Source: a virus (Duplodnaviria; Heunggongvirae; Uroviricota; Caudoviricetes). From it: DNA of 64,000 nucleotides. The notes below the pieces were generated by a model. That model saw nothing but the letters and a program-made list of their open reading frames with translations, had not been told where the DNA came from and searched no databases. Each line of letters starts with the position of its first letter. Position 1 is the first letter of the stretch. Both the position numbers and the translations under genes were made by a program. Shown piece by piece: positions 37,989 to 46,640 of this stretch. The stretch is taken from IMG/VR virus record IMGVR_UViG_2721755676_000001; one strand, given 5' to 3'.

Positions 37989-38771
37989 ATGAAAGACGAA
38001 ATTCAGAAATTAGCCTGCGACATCATTGATAAAACTGGTTTAGAAATCAGCGAGAGCAATCGGCTAGACATCATTGAAAAAGCCGTAAAAACAGCAATGG
38101 ATCATATCGCCACTCGTTTGGTCGAGATCCCGCTACCGGGGCTACCTTATCTGAAGGTTAAGTTACACGTATGGGGTGAACCTTCTTGTGCACGGCGTTC
38201 TGCATTAGTTGTTTTTATTAGCAAAGAAAACCCGATCAGTCTTAAAGTGCAGGTTGGGGCATGGATGGATGGCAAAGTGATCTACACAAATACCGTTTTT
38301 TGTGCGTCAAATGACAGTATTATTGAAGAGGCTATTCAAGAATCACTTCTAACTATGCATAGCTTATTTTTGCTGGAAGACAAGCAAAACTACGAAGAGT
38401 ACTTGCGGTCGATAAAAGGTGAGAGAACATTGTCACTTAAAGCCGATTTCGTTACCCCGACAAACCTGTTGGAAGTCTTGCTTAATAAAGGGGCTAATGA
38501 TGCCGTAAATGTAATCAGAGAGAGTGAGTATGCGTCTCTTTGCGACATGTGCAAAAGCCAGTTGGATCTGGTGCATATCGTTATTGATGCTGGGAAGGCA
38601 TGTGATGGCGTAATGGCGGAGTTTGCTGGGAAGATGGTCAGGATTGCTAACGAATTACCGATGATAGAGCAAGAGGCTAAATCATACGCCACCAATCATG
38701 TCACAGAGCTTCTTGTCCCCTATCGCTTAGAAAGCGATCAGCGCAAGATGATTAGCTGGGGAAGTTGGTAA
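37989..38771 (+). CDS. hypothetical protein
   Basis: ORF with AGGAG RBS. Confidence 0.55.
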   Translation: MKDEIQKLACDIIDKTGLEISESNRLDIIEKAVKTAMDHIATRLVEIPLPGLPYLKVKLHVWGEPSCARRSALVVFISKENPISLKVQVGAWMDGKVIYTNTVFCASNDSIIEEAIQESLLTMHSLFLLEDKQNYEEYLRSIKGERTLSLKADFVTPTNLLEVLLNKGANDAVNVIRESEYASLCDMCKSQLDLVHIVIDAGKACDGVMAEFAGKMVRIANELPMIEQEAKSYATNHVTELLVPYRLESDQRKMISWGSW

Positions 38772-38826
38772 GCTCTCAGTGTGTCGTTTTTTACGCAAAT
38801 AATGATAGGTAAGCACAAGATTATTT

Positions 38827-39309
38827 TTGGCGGTAATTGTGAAAGCTGATTTGTCAAAAATCCCCTCTATTTCAGGAAATAATGGTTATTCACTTCGTTG
38901 TGAGGAAGTAAAGATAAACGGTGAGTCGGCATATTGCAGCTACTCCGTTTGCCAGCACACCATTCTTGCCTTCAAAGAAAACCGTCTTCCTCGAACTTCA
39001 TTCCAGTCGTGCGCAACCGCTATCAAAGCAGGCAAATGCAAGGCGTTAAAAATGATGGTTGAAGAGATTCGTAAAGGAGAATCTCTGTATTTCGAAGATA
39101 TGACCGCGCTCATTAAGGAGGTTGAAGAACGGAATAAACAAGCCAGAACTTTAAAACGAAAACGTGACAGTGTAACGATTAATAGCATGGTTAAGAAGAG
39201 CACCACATCACAAACAGCGATCACTGACGTGTATGCGGCGTTGCTTGAAGAAACAACAAAAGAAACACATGAGCAAATCGATCAACATATGGAGGTAAAA
39301 CAACAATGA
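38827..39309 (+). CDS. hypothetical Cys-containing protein (start uncertain, TTG/GTG)
   Basis: ORF with no in-frame ATG near 5' end; stop overlaps ligase start. Confidence 0.4.
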   Translation: MAVIVKADLSKIPSISGNNGYSLRCEEVKINGESAYCSYSVCQHTILAFKENRLPRTSFQSCATAIKAGKCKALKMMVEEIRKGESLYFEDMTALIKEVEERNKQARTLKRKRDSVTINSMVKKSTTSQTAITDVYAALLEETTKETHEQIDQHMEVKQQ

Positions 39310-40628
39310 AAAAGTTGATCGCACTTAAGCATAAGCTGGACGAAATGAAAGCTATGGGAACCAATGCAAAAAAAGAGGCATTGGCCAACATGGATGACTT
39401 TGAACAAAGCATGGTTTCATTGATGCTCAACCCTTTCATCCGTTTTGGGGTAAAGAAATACAAAGTGGCAGAGCCGCTTAGTGAGTCCATCCCAAGTGAC
39501 GAAAAAGCCATTGATGTACTGAATAAGCTGGCCTCTCGCGAGCTAACGGGGAACGCAGCAATAGCAGCTGTTGAGTCTATCGTGGCGTCAATGTGCGCCG
39601 ATGGGCAGGACGTGTTCCGTCGTTTCCTCTTAAAAGACCCGAAAGCAGGTGTTGGGATTAGCCTATGCAACAAGGTTTTTGAAAATCCCATTCCGAAATT
39701 CGAGGTGCAGCTGGCGTCAACGTATAAAGAAAAAGGCGACAAATACCCCTTCAAGCCAAATCCTAAAGCAAAATGGCCGATGATTGGCAGTCTTAAGCTC
39801 GATGGTTTGCGAGTAATTTGCGAGGTTATTGTTGACGAGGAAGAGGTTAACTTCCTTTCTCGTACTGGTAATCCAATCACGTCTCTCGATCACCTAAAGC
39901 CAGCCATGCTCGAATTAGGCAAACTTTCAGGCCACAAACACATCTTCTTCGATGGCGAAGGAACTGCCGGTTCATTTAACCAGTCCGTATCTGCATTGCG
40001 CAAAAAGAACGTGCAGGCAATTGGCGCTATTTATCATATTTTCGACTTCTTCCTACCGGAATGGCGAGCACAGGCTAAATCCAAAGAGTATGCAAAGACA
40101 GGTATGAAGCTGAAAGAGCGCCTGGCTATGCTGGTGGCGTTGTTCAAAAACGATCGCAGTGAAGGCTACACACAAGACATTCACCTGCATCCGTTCTATA
40201 TCATCCATAGCCACGAAGACTTCATCGAACGCTTCATGAAACGCCTGGACGATAACGAAGAAGGGGAGATGGGCAAAGATCCGAACTCTGTTTACGAGTT
40301 TAAACGTACCCGCAGCTGGTGGAAGTTAAAAGACGAAGATTCAGAAGATGGTGAAATTATCGACTTTGAGCCGGGCGATCCGGACTCTGGTTTTGCCAAC
40401 ACGCTTGGAAAAATTGTTATTCGCCTTGAAAACGGTGTGATTGTTCGTGCGAGCGGCATTAAGCATAAATATCTGGACGAGATCTGGAACAACAAAGAGA
40501 AGTACCGTGGTCGTATTGTCGAGGTTCATTGTCACGAGAAAACACCTGATGGCAGCTTACGCCACCCACGACTGAAATGGCCGCGTTGCTTACGCGATAC
40601 CGAAGATCGAATCGGAGATAAAGAATGA
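39306..40628 (+). CDS. ATP-dependent DNA ligase
   Basis: Adenylation motif KLDGLR (KxDGxR); size ~440 aa; GGAGG RBS. Confidence 0.7.
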   Translation: MKKLIALKHKLDEMKAMGTNAKKEALANMDDFEQSMVSLMLNPFIRFGVKKYKVAEPLSESIPSDEKAIDVLNKLASRELTGNAAIAAVESIVASMCADGQDVFRRFLLKDPKAGVGISLCNKVFENPIPKFEVQLASTYKEKGDKYPFKPNPKAKWPMIGSLKLDGLRVICEVIVDEEEVNFLSRTGNPITSLDHLKPAMLELGKLSGHKHIFFDGEGTAGSFNQSVSALRKKNVQAIGAIYHIFDFFLPEWRAQAKSKEYAKTGMKLKERLAMLVALFKNDRSEGYTQDIHLHPFYIIHSHEDFIERFMKRLDDNEEGEMGKDPNSVYEFKRTRSWWKLKDEDSEDGEIIDFEPGDPDSGFANTLGKIVIRLENGVIVRASGIKHKYLDEIWNNKEKYRGRIVEVHCHEKTPDGSLRHPRLKWPRCLRDTEDRIGDKE

Positions 40629-40840
40629 TCGTATTAAGTAAAAGGGAGAAAGAAACGCTTCATGAAATCAGTAAGTGGCCGGAGTTCCCTGAGTACTGGA
40701 AGCCTAAAACGCGAGCTAAGTTAGAGCGTTTAGGGTTGGTTGCAAACGTTTCTGAAACGTGGTGCTCGGCCAACTACCAGTTAACTGATAAAGGGAAAGT
40801 ATTGCTACAGCAATTAGTAGAATCAGGAGTGTTAAAATGA
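40625..40840 (+). CDS. hypothetical small protein
   Basis: Translationally coupled (ATGA overlaps) with ligase and next gene. Confidence 0.5.
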   Translation: MIVLSKREKETLHEISKWPEFPEYWKPKTRAKLERLGLVANVSETWCSANYQLTDKGKVLLQQLVESGVLK

Positions 40841-40989
40841 TTCCATACATCTCATTAGCTTTTATGGGTGGCTTCCTTATCGGCTTCGGCATCTGTCGTG
40901 ATTTAATTAAGCAGGAACTTAAAACCAAAACACTGTGCATCGGAAAGCGTGTGTATCGGGTAGTTCATGAAACAAAGGTTAGAAAATGA
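40837..40989 (+). CDS. small membrane protein (50 aa; not in ORF track)
   Basis: ATG 40837 overlaps upstream stop, stop overlaps next ATG at 40986; hydrophobic LAFMGGFLIGFGI. Confidence 0.4.
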   Translation: MIPYISLAFMGGFLIGFGICRDLIKQELKTKTLCIGKRVYRVVHETKVRK

Positions 40990-41276
40990 GCAATTTAACT
41001 TCTTGGGACTGGTGGTTGGCCACCTATTTCTTAGCGGCCGGAGTCGCATTCGCCTTTTACGTAGGTCAGTTAGTCGTAAAACTGCTGCTGATTAAATTTG
41101 CCAGTCATAAACGTATCGATGATGGTCTGTGGCGTCTTGGCACCCTGGTGGAAACTCGCTACGGGCAACTTAAGGAGAACGAAACCATTACTATCCAAGC
41201 GAAACGGTTCACTGCCACCATCACAAGAACACCTAGTCGTAGAGTGGCATTGATCAAAAAAGTCACAACCGAATAA
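40986..41276 (+). CDS. small membrane protein
   Basis: N-terminal TM WWLATYFLAAGVAFAFYVGQLVV; coupled to upstream ORF. Confidence 0.5.
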   Translation: MSNLTSWDWWLATYFLAAGVAFAFYVGQLVVKLLLIKFASHKRIDDGLWRLGTLVETRYGQLKENETITIQAKRFTATITRTPSRRVALIKKVTTE

Positions 41277-41285
41277 AAACATATT

Positions 41286-41313
41286 GATAAGTATTTACTT
41301 ACTTATCTTTTAT
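41286..41313 (+). terminator. stem-loop GATAAGTA-TTTACT-TACTTATC followed by TTTTAT (weak terminator; also a TAAGTA-family site)
   Basis: Read directly. Confidence 0.4.
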
Positions 41314-42054
41314 GTATAAGATGACTTTGTTTTCGTTGAGACGCGACTGTTTGAACTTAAATACAAGTGCAAACGAAGAAGTCTATCTGGCAGTAGCCTA
41401 ATAAGCCAAACACCAGCGAGGTCAGTTTCCAGCCTCGTTACCGAAATGGGACACACTGAGCGAGTGTGATTGCAGAACGCAGGAGGGAACATGAATGTTC
41501 CCTCCGATGAAGTAACAGAATGGGCGGTTGGTATATTTTCAACTCCATATGACTCCCGGATTCTTAGCCACTGACCGCCCATCCTGTTACGTCATTTTGT
41601 TCAATTATGTCGTTTATACTGGGTTAAAAAGCGGCGACGTAGCCCGGCTGGTATGGTTAGCCAGCACACAACGTTGAGGCCATTACATTTTTATCAATTC
41701 TAAGGTTCTATTCACAGAGATACCGGCGAGCGTTGATATGTAACATGTTGGGCAAACATTCAATCGGAGTAGTGGCCTCAACGTTGTGAAGACAGGATTG
41801 TTGTGTAGGTTTAACCACTGTTGCCATTGGTGCCTGTTTTCACAACAAATGATTCCATACATCACATTGTATAAATTACAAAGTAGGTGCTGTCCTCAGA
41901 AACATCATCTACTTAAAGATTTTGCCTTCTACTATTGAGCGAAGTCGAAAGCGTCTGGCACTAACGAAAAGTGCAAGTAGCGGTGCGTTTCCTGGCAGAA
42001 ACTAAACCGTTGCGATTGGCACTGTTGAGTAATAAATACTGGCAGTGCTGAATT

Positions 42055-42126
42055 GATGGTGTAGCTCAGCGGTAGAGCAGTTGGCTGTTAACCAACTGGT
42101 CGGTGGTTCGAATCCACCCACCATCG
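42055..42126 (+). tRNA. tRNA-Asn (anticodon GTT)
   Basis: Cloverleaf folded by hand: acceptor GATGGTG/CACCATC, anticodon loop CTGTTAA, T-arm GGTGG-TTCGAAT-CCACC, discriminator G then CCA. Confidence 0.85.
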
Positions 42127-42134
42127 CCAATTTA

Positions 42135-42218
42135 GGGGAGTTAGTCCGTAGGGGCAGCGGAGTAGACTGTAAATCTACTGTCATGGCGACTCGGGTGGTT
42201 CGACTCCATCACTCCCCA
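42135..42218 (+). tRNA. tRNA-Tyr (anticodon GTA), long variable arm
   Basis: Acceptor GGGGAGT/ACTCCCC, anticodon stem GTAGA/TCTAC with loop CTGTAAA, long variable arm, TTCGACT T-loop, CCA encoded. Confidence 0.8.
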
Positions 42219-42225
42219 CCAAATT

Positions 42226-42298
42226 GCCGGTTTAGCTCAGTTGGTAGAGCGCCTGCCTTGTAAGCAGGATGTCAGCGGTTCGAGTCCGCTAACCGGCA
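42226..42298 (+). tRNA. tRNA-Thr (anticodon TGT)
   Basis: Acceptor GCCGGTT/AACCGGC, D-arm GCTC-AGTTGGTA-GAGC, anticodon loop CTTGTAA, T-arm AGCGG-TTCGAGT-CCGCT, CCA encoded. Confidence 0.85.
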
Positions 42299-42525
42299 CC
42301 AATACAACGATAAGATCATTACGGTTAATCGTCGTTCATGTGCACAATGACTGGTCGAAAGGTAGTGATCTTACCGTTGTGGTGGATTCGCAGACTGATG
42401 CGATAGCTTTCTTGGATGTTAGGGAAATGCGGCCGCAAATCTTCCCTTTCGCGAGCGGTGATCGTCCGTAGTCCTAATTGGCTGCACCGTATGCCGGAGA
42501 TTCAGTACCGGCCACCACAACGGCC

Positions 42526-42609
42526 GGAGAGTAGGGAGCATGGTGCTCAAGCGGTCTTGAAAACCGTCCCATTGCGCAAGCGATGATGGTTCGATTCCAT
42601 TACTCTCCG
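42526..42609 (+). tRNA. tRNA-Ser (anticodon TGA), long variable arm
   Basis: Acceptor GGAGAGT/ACTCTCC, anticodon loop CTTGAAA, long variable arm, T-loop TTCGATT, discriminator G, CCA encoded. Confidence 0.7.
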
Positions 42610-42789
42610 CCAGACACAGCGTTGAGCGGTTTGGCCTTTTAATCACCCAGATTAAGACTCCGCTAACATAAACCAGACCGCTCAACGCTGTGATAGACAA
42701 TTACGGCAGACGTTCTTAACCATAGCTTGCTAACATCCTAGCAACACTTTTTTCAGCGCAAAATTCAAAGGGGCTTCGGCCCCTTTTTG

Positions 42790-43686
42790 TTAATGATTAT
42801 CTAGGTATGCTATTAACTCATTTTTAATGATAAGTGAATATTCTAAAATCTCACCTAGTAAATATTCTGCTTTTTTAAAATGCCAACCCATATAGCCTAA
42901 TTTTTCTGAAGGTCCTTCTAACAACATTATAATATCGCTGTCTTTCTCTTTGGCAATGTATTGTCTTATTTCTATCTCAAAATTATTTCTTGTCTTCCCA
43001 CTTATTGATGATTCATCCAAAACTTTAGTTATAAACTTTTCCGTGTCGATGAACTTTCCTGCATTATGCACAATTGTATGTCTTAGCAGCTCAATTAAAG
43101 TGATCTCGAAACGATAGTTTTTACCTATCTTGTTATTTATTTCTACGTCTCTAAAATTGGGTAACTTTCTTCTAAATACTTTCAGGATTTTTTTTGGTGC
43201 TTTATTATTTCTTTTTATCGCATTGTAGTAGGTTTCCATGTCTCCATTTTGTTCGATCTGAACATTTTTAAATTCACTAGGTTGCCAAAAATGGTCATGA
43301 ATACTCACTGTATGGGCATATATTTTCTTAATATAGTCTTCAAACAATTCATATGCTTCGGTTATAACCCATTGATACTGTTTATTTTTTAACACTTCAC
43401 ATAACTTTATCTTCTCTGAAAGATCTGTTCTAGTATGCCCAATTCCAAATGTTGAACCTGTATATGGATTTGAGCATGTATGGTTTGCTAACGTTGTCCC
43501 GCATGTTAATGGGAAAGTATTATTAGCATCTAGATTTTGTACGTTTTCAAGTGTATGCTTAAATCGCTTTATGTTGTCTTTCGTTGTAACATTTATATGA
43601 CCTAACAAGTCACAACGTAAAATTATTTCATTTCTTAAATCAGTGAATATTTTTTCGACAAAAGAACCTGATGGGTTTTCAATCAT
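42790..43686 (-). CDS. hypothetical AT-rich protein with HEPN-like R-x4-H motif (candidate abortive-infection/defence protein)
   Basis: 298-aa minus-strand ORF, Lys/Asn/Ile-rich, AGAGG RBS; motif RHTIVH; directly flanks tRNA cluster. Confidence 0.5.
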   Translation of the reverse strand: MIENPSGSFVEKIFTDLRNEIILRCDLLGHINVTTKDNIKRFKHTLENVQNLDANNTFPLTCGTTLANHTCSNPYTGSTFGIGHTRTDLSEKIKLCEVLKNKQYQWVITEAYELFEDYIKKIYAHTVSIHDHFWQPSEFKNVQIEQNGDMETYYNAIKRNNKAPKKILKVFRRKLPNFRDVEINNKIGKNYRFEITLIELLRHTIVHNAGKFIDTEKFITKVLDESSISGKTRNNFEIEIRQYIAKEKDSDIIMLLEGPSEKLGYMGWHFKKAEYLLGEILEYSLIIKNELIAYLDNH

Positions 43687-43861
43687 CTAAACCTCTACGA
43701 AAATCTTACCTATAAGACAGTCCTTAATGTAATCTGTTTTCTCCACTACTTCAAATTACCTCACAATCTATTGATAGGTGACTACCTACTTACATACAAA
43801 GTTGATTTATAGTATAGTCCCTCTGTTGCGTATTAGTATTTTAAAAGGCATCTGTTAAGTT

Positions 43862-44107
43862 ATGACGATCACTATCTACGGACGAGATAACTGCTCATAC
43901 TGCAAACGTGCGGTCGAGCTGGCGAAGCAACTAAAGGGACATGGCTACGGTGATTATAAGTACATCGACATCACCACTGCCGGTATCGATAAGGAAAAAC
44001 TTAGCGAAATTGTTGGAAAACCGGTAGAGACTATCCCCCAGGTGCTGATCGATGGCCAGCCGATTGGCGGATACACAGAGATGGCATCTTTCGTAAGTTT
44101 CTTATAA
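43862..44107 (+). CDS. glutaredoxin (NrdH/Grx-like)
   Basis: 81 aa with CSYC active site near N-terminus and glutaredoxin-like C-terminal GG motif. Confidence 0.8.
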   Translation: MTITIYGRDNCSYCKRAVELAKQLKGHGYGDYKYIDITTAGIDKEKLSEIVGKPVETIPQVLIDGQPIGGYTEMASFVSFL

Positions 44108-44144
44108 GTAAAGGCCACATCTTTGTATATATAGTACATATAAC

Positions 44145-44170
44145 AAAAAAGGCCCATGTGGGCCTTTTTC
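44145..44170. terminator. bidirectional intrinsic terminator (AAAAAA-GGCCC-ATGT-GGGCC-TTTTT)
   Basis: GC stem flanked by A-run and T-run between convergent genes. Confidence 0.65.
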
Positions 44171-44198
44171 ATAACTTCTAGCTAATCACTACAGAGGC

Positions 44199-44335
44199 TT
44201 AAAGACCACTTCACCCTTGCGTTCAGCTTCAGCTTTAGCAGTCATGAATCGTTTGATCATTTCGACTTTGCTAGCATGGATAGTTTTAAAATCAATCTTC
44301 CCTTTGTTTTGGGTAGTGTTGTGTTCGTATCGCAT
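44199..44335 (-). CDS. hypothetical small protein (45 aa; not in ORF track)
   Basis: Minus-strand ORF ATG 44335 to TAA 44199, overlapping the 3' end of the upstream minus-strand gene by 44 nt. Confidence 0.25.
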
Positions 44336-44846
44336 AGGAAGCTCCGTCATTTAAATAAGTTAGGCCACGCTCTTGTGTAAATCTCTTCACATATCTCTTG
44401 TATGTGGCCATCAGTTCTTCGCGTTCTGCCGCAAAGAATAAAATCTGTATGCCTTCATTGTCGGCAACTTTGAGCATTAAGTCAACTAAAGTACCGTAAA
44501 GGTATTGAAGTTCACCTAAAGTAAGATTAAAAGACCCTTCGGGTTTGGCAAATACGTTAATTGGCTCTTCCGCTCCAAGAGCAGCATTCTGGAGCTGTTC
44601 TTGCTGCCTGTCAAGTTGAATCATGTCCACAAAACTAACGACAGATACACACAACCCATAAACATCAGCACCTAACATATTATGCATAGTTTCTGCGGCA
44701 ACAGGATCTAAAGAAGGAGGGCAAAAGACTAAACGGTATCTAGCCTTACGAGCTTCATTGCCAGAGAAAACAAAGTCTATATCTAAATATGACAGATCAC
44801 CCGGCAATGAAGCCAAACCAGGTGTAACCAACTTATGCAAGTGCAT
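44292..44846 (-). CDS. hypothetical protein
   Basis: 184-aa minus-strand ORF divergent from the recombinase gene. Confidence 0.5.
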   Translation of the reverse strand: MHLHKLVTPGLASLPGDLSYLDIDFVFSGNEARKARYRLVFCPPSLDPVAAETMHNMLGADVYGLCVSVVSFVDMIQLDRQQEQLQNAALGAEEPINVFAKPEGSFNLTLGELQYLYGTLVDLMLKVADNEGIQILFFAAEREELMATYKRYVKRFTQERGLTYLNDGASYAIRTQHYPKQRED

Positions 44847-44985
44847 CTGTCTCGAATCCCTCTTTATTAGTATAAGTTGTCTTATTGTACCCTACCAAAC
44901 GTTTATATGCATTGTTATGTATTATTTTGATTTTCAATATTACCTCCTAGAACGAAGGGTAGATTTCAAAAAACGCATCCTTAAT

Positions 44986-45012
44986 GATTCCATACCTACT
45001 ATGTATGGAATC
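44986..45012. repeat. perfect 10-bp inverted repeat GATTCCATAC-N7-GTATGGAATC in recombinase upstream region
   Basis: Read directly. Confidence 0.7.
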
Positions 45013-45113
45013 ATTAGTGAAAATGAGTTACTTTTACTCTTGATCCTATAAGAATCTATGCCTAATATACTGTTTACTTATACAGTGAATCGGCGTAACT
45101 CGGTGATTGTCAT

Positions 45114-46217
45114 ATGAAAAATAGCTTTGACAGAGCACGCGCTGCGGAGAACACCTCAAAAGAGGCGATAGAGTATCTCGAAAGAGCATCTCAAATGCAG
45201 GCCGTTATGATCTCCCAGGTCAGCAATGACATGAGATTCTCGGACGCATTCATGTTATTCACTCGCTTATCTCTGCTGATAACCAGACGTCGGCCAGAGA
45301 TCGCTGTTCATTGTATTTTGATACATGTTTTGCCGCACATTGCCGATGTAAAAGTAAGTGACATTAATAGGTTCATGGTGAACCAACTGGTCAACCCACT
45401 AATACTGGATGGCAAAATTGTTATGGGCCGCCGCGTTTTCTCTCTGATGAAGCAGTTCCTTAGCTGGTGCGCCTTCCAGGGGATGATAGACGTGTCACCG
45501 TTAAACGATATGTCACTAAACAAAGTTGCCGGTGGCGCAAAGCCCACACCTCGCGAGCGGAAGCTGACCGACGCAGAGGTATGGGTGTTCTGGAATATAT
45601 GGGACTACTTCAATGTGTGCGCTGGTACAAAATGGGCGGCCAGGCTGTGTCTTGTATCCGCAAGACGACCTGACGAAGTACTGCGGGCTAAAAAAAGTGA
45701 GTTCAATCTTAAGCGTGGGGTTTGGAATCAAGGCAAGAGGAACAAATCTGCCCGTGAGCATTCTCTGCCTTTAAGCTCATTAATGCGCACTTGTATTGAA
45801 GAGTTGTTCGAATATGGTAAAGACAGCCAGTGGCTCGTGCCTTCGAATAAAAAAATCGGGAAAGACCTTCCTATGTCTAAAGTGGCAATAGCCCAGGCAT
45901 TACGTCGTATTCTGGAACGACCAGAACTGATGGAGCTTGAGCCATTTACACCCCGAGACTTGCGCCGTACTGCGCGTAGTTACTTCCCAGCATTAGGCAT
46001 AAGCCAGGAGGTATCACGCAAAATCATGAACCACAGTCTTGAGGGGATAGATCGAGTCTACGACCGGCACGATTATATGGACGAGATGCGAGACGCCTTA
46101 GAAAGTTTCTCGACGTACATCGCATCAATCGTAGAGCAACCGGATTTAGACGAAATTGACCACAAATTCAAGGGAGATCGTCTATCAACAGAGCTTATTC
46201 GTGTAAATTTTTCATAG
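45114..46217 (+). CDS. tyrosine recombinase / integrase family protein
   Basis: C-terminal catalytic-region pattern TPRDLRRTARS...IMNHSLEGIDRVYDRHDY (R, H, Y positions); upstream Arg ARRPDEV; GGTGA RBS. Confidence 0.65.
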   Translation: MKNSFDRARAAENTSKEAIEYLERASQMQAVMISQVSNDMRFSDAFMLFTRLSLLITRRRPEIAVHCILIHVLPHIADVKVSDINRFMVNQLVNPLILDGKIVMGRRVFSLMKQFLSWCAFQGMIDVSPLNDMSLNKVAGGAKPTPRERKLTDAEVWVFWNIWDYFNVCAGTKWAARLCLVSARRPDEVLRAKKSEFNLKRGVWNQGKRNKSAREHSLPLSSLMRTCIEELFEYGKDSQWLVPSNKKIGKDLPMSKVAIAQALRRILERPELMELEPFTPRDLRRTARSYFPALGISQEVSRKIMNHSLEGIDRVYDRHDYMDEMRDALESFSTYIASIVEQPDLDEIDHKFKGDRLSTELIRVNFS

Positions 46218-46598
46218 AGACTTTATGGCCTCAACAACCTTTTGTGATGCGCCTTTCTCTTTACCGAATCGCTCGTTATATGCAGCAAGAACCTGTTTTT
46301 CGTCCTCGTTAAGAGGAGCGGTGCCTTCTTTGTATAAAAATGCTGCGAGTTCAGGTTGGCGTTCTTCCAGCACCATCATCATAAGACGACTTGGCTCAAT
46401 ACCCAGCGCCAGCGCCAACGGACGAACCTTATCGATAGGCAAAGGAATTTTGCCACTTTTAATTAAAGAAAGGTTGTTGGCATTTTTATAACCAATAAGT
46501 CTGGCTATTTGGGCCTGACTCATAGGTGAGGATTCAATCAGCCCTGCGATAAAAGCAGCATAGCGACTTTCTATAAATTCAATCTTGTTGTCAGACAT
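46212..46598 (-). CDS. XRE-family helix-turn-helix transcriptional regulator (putative repressor)
   Basis: HTH-like MSQAQIARLIGYKNANNLSLIKSGK; convergent with recombinase gene; AAAGG RBS. Confidence 0.7.
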   Translation of the reverse strand: MSDNKIEFIESRYAAFIAGLIESSPMSQAQIARLIGYKNANNLSLIKSGKIPLPIDKVRPLALALGIEPSRLMMMVLEERQPELAAFLYKEGTAPLNEDEKQVLAAYNERFGKEKGASQKVVEAIKSL

Positions 46599-46626
46599 TG
46601 TTACAACCTTTGCGCGTTCAATTCTC

Positions 46627-46640
46627 TCTGGTAAGTGCTT
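46627..46640. promoter_or_regulatory. perfect 14-bp palindrome GGTAAGTGCTTACC (candidate operator) upstream of the XRE regulator gene
   Basis: Read directly; 29 nt upstream of the regulator start codon; shares GTAAGT half-site with the genome-wide motif. Confidence 0.5.

Noticed and set aside
41310-41865. Minus-strand ORFs 41310-41582 and 41683-41865
   Set aside because: No ribosome-binding site, located in a region dominated by long inverted repeats, and opposite to the transcription direction of the whole block; more likely non-coding structure.
42002-42700. Track ORFs 42002-42184, 42081-42263, 42241-42471 and 42419-42700
   Set aside because: They overlap the four tRNA genes; the translations are artefacts of reading through tRNA sequences.
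42055-46217. Integration into a host tRNA gene with the recombinase as a classical prophage integrase
   Set aside because: All four tRNAs are intact and clustered like phage-encoded tRNAs, both sides of the recombinase carry phage-type genes, and no host housekeeping genes or att duplications are visible; integration site and lifestyle cannot be decided from this window.
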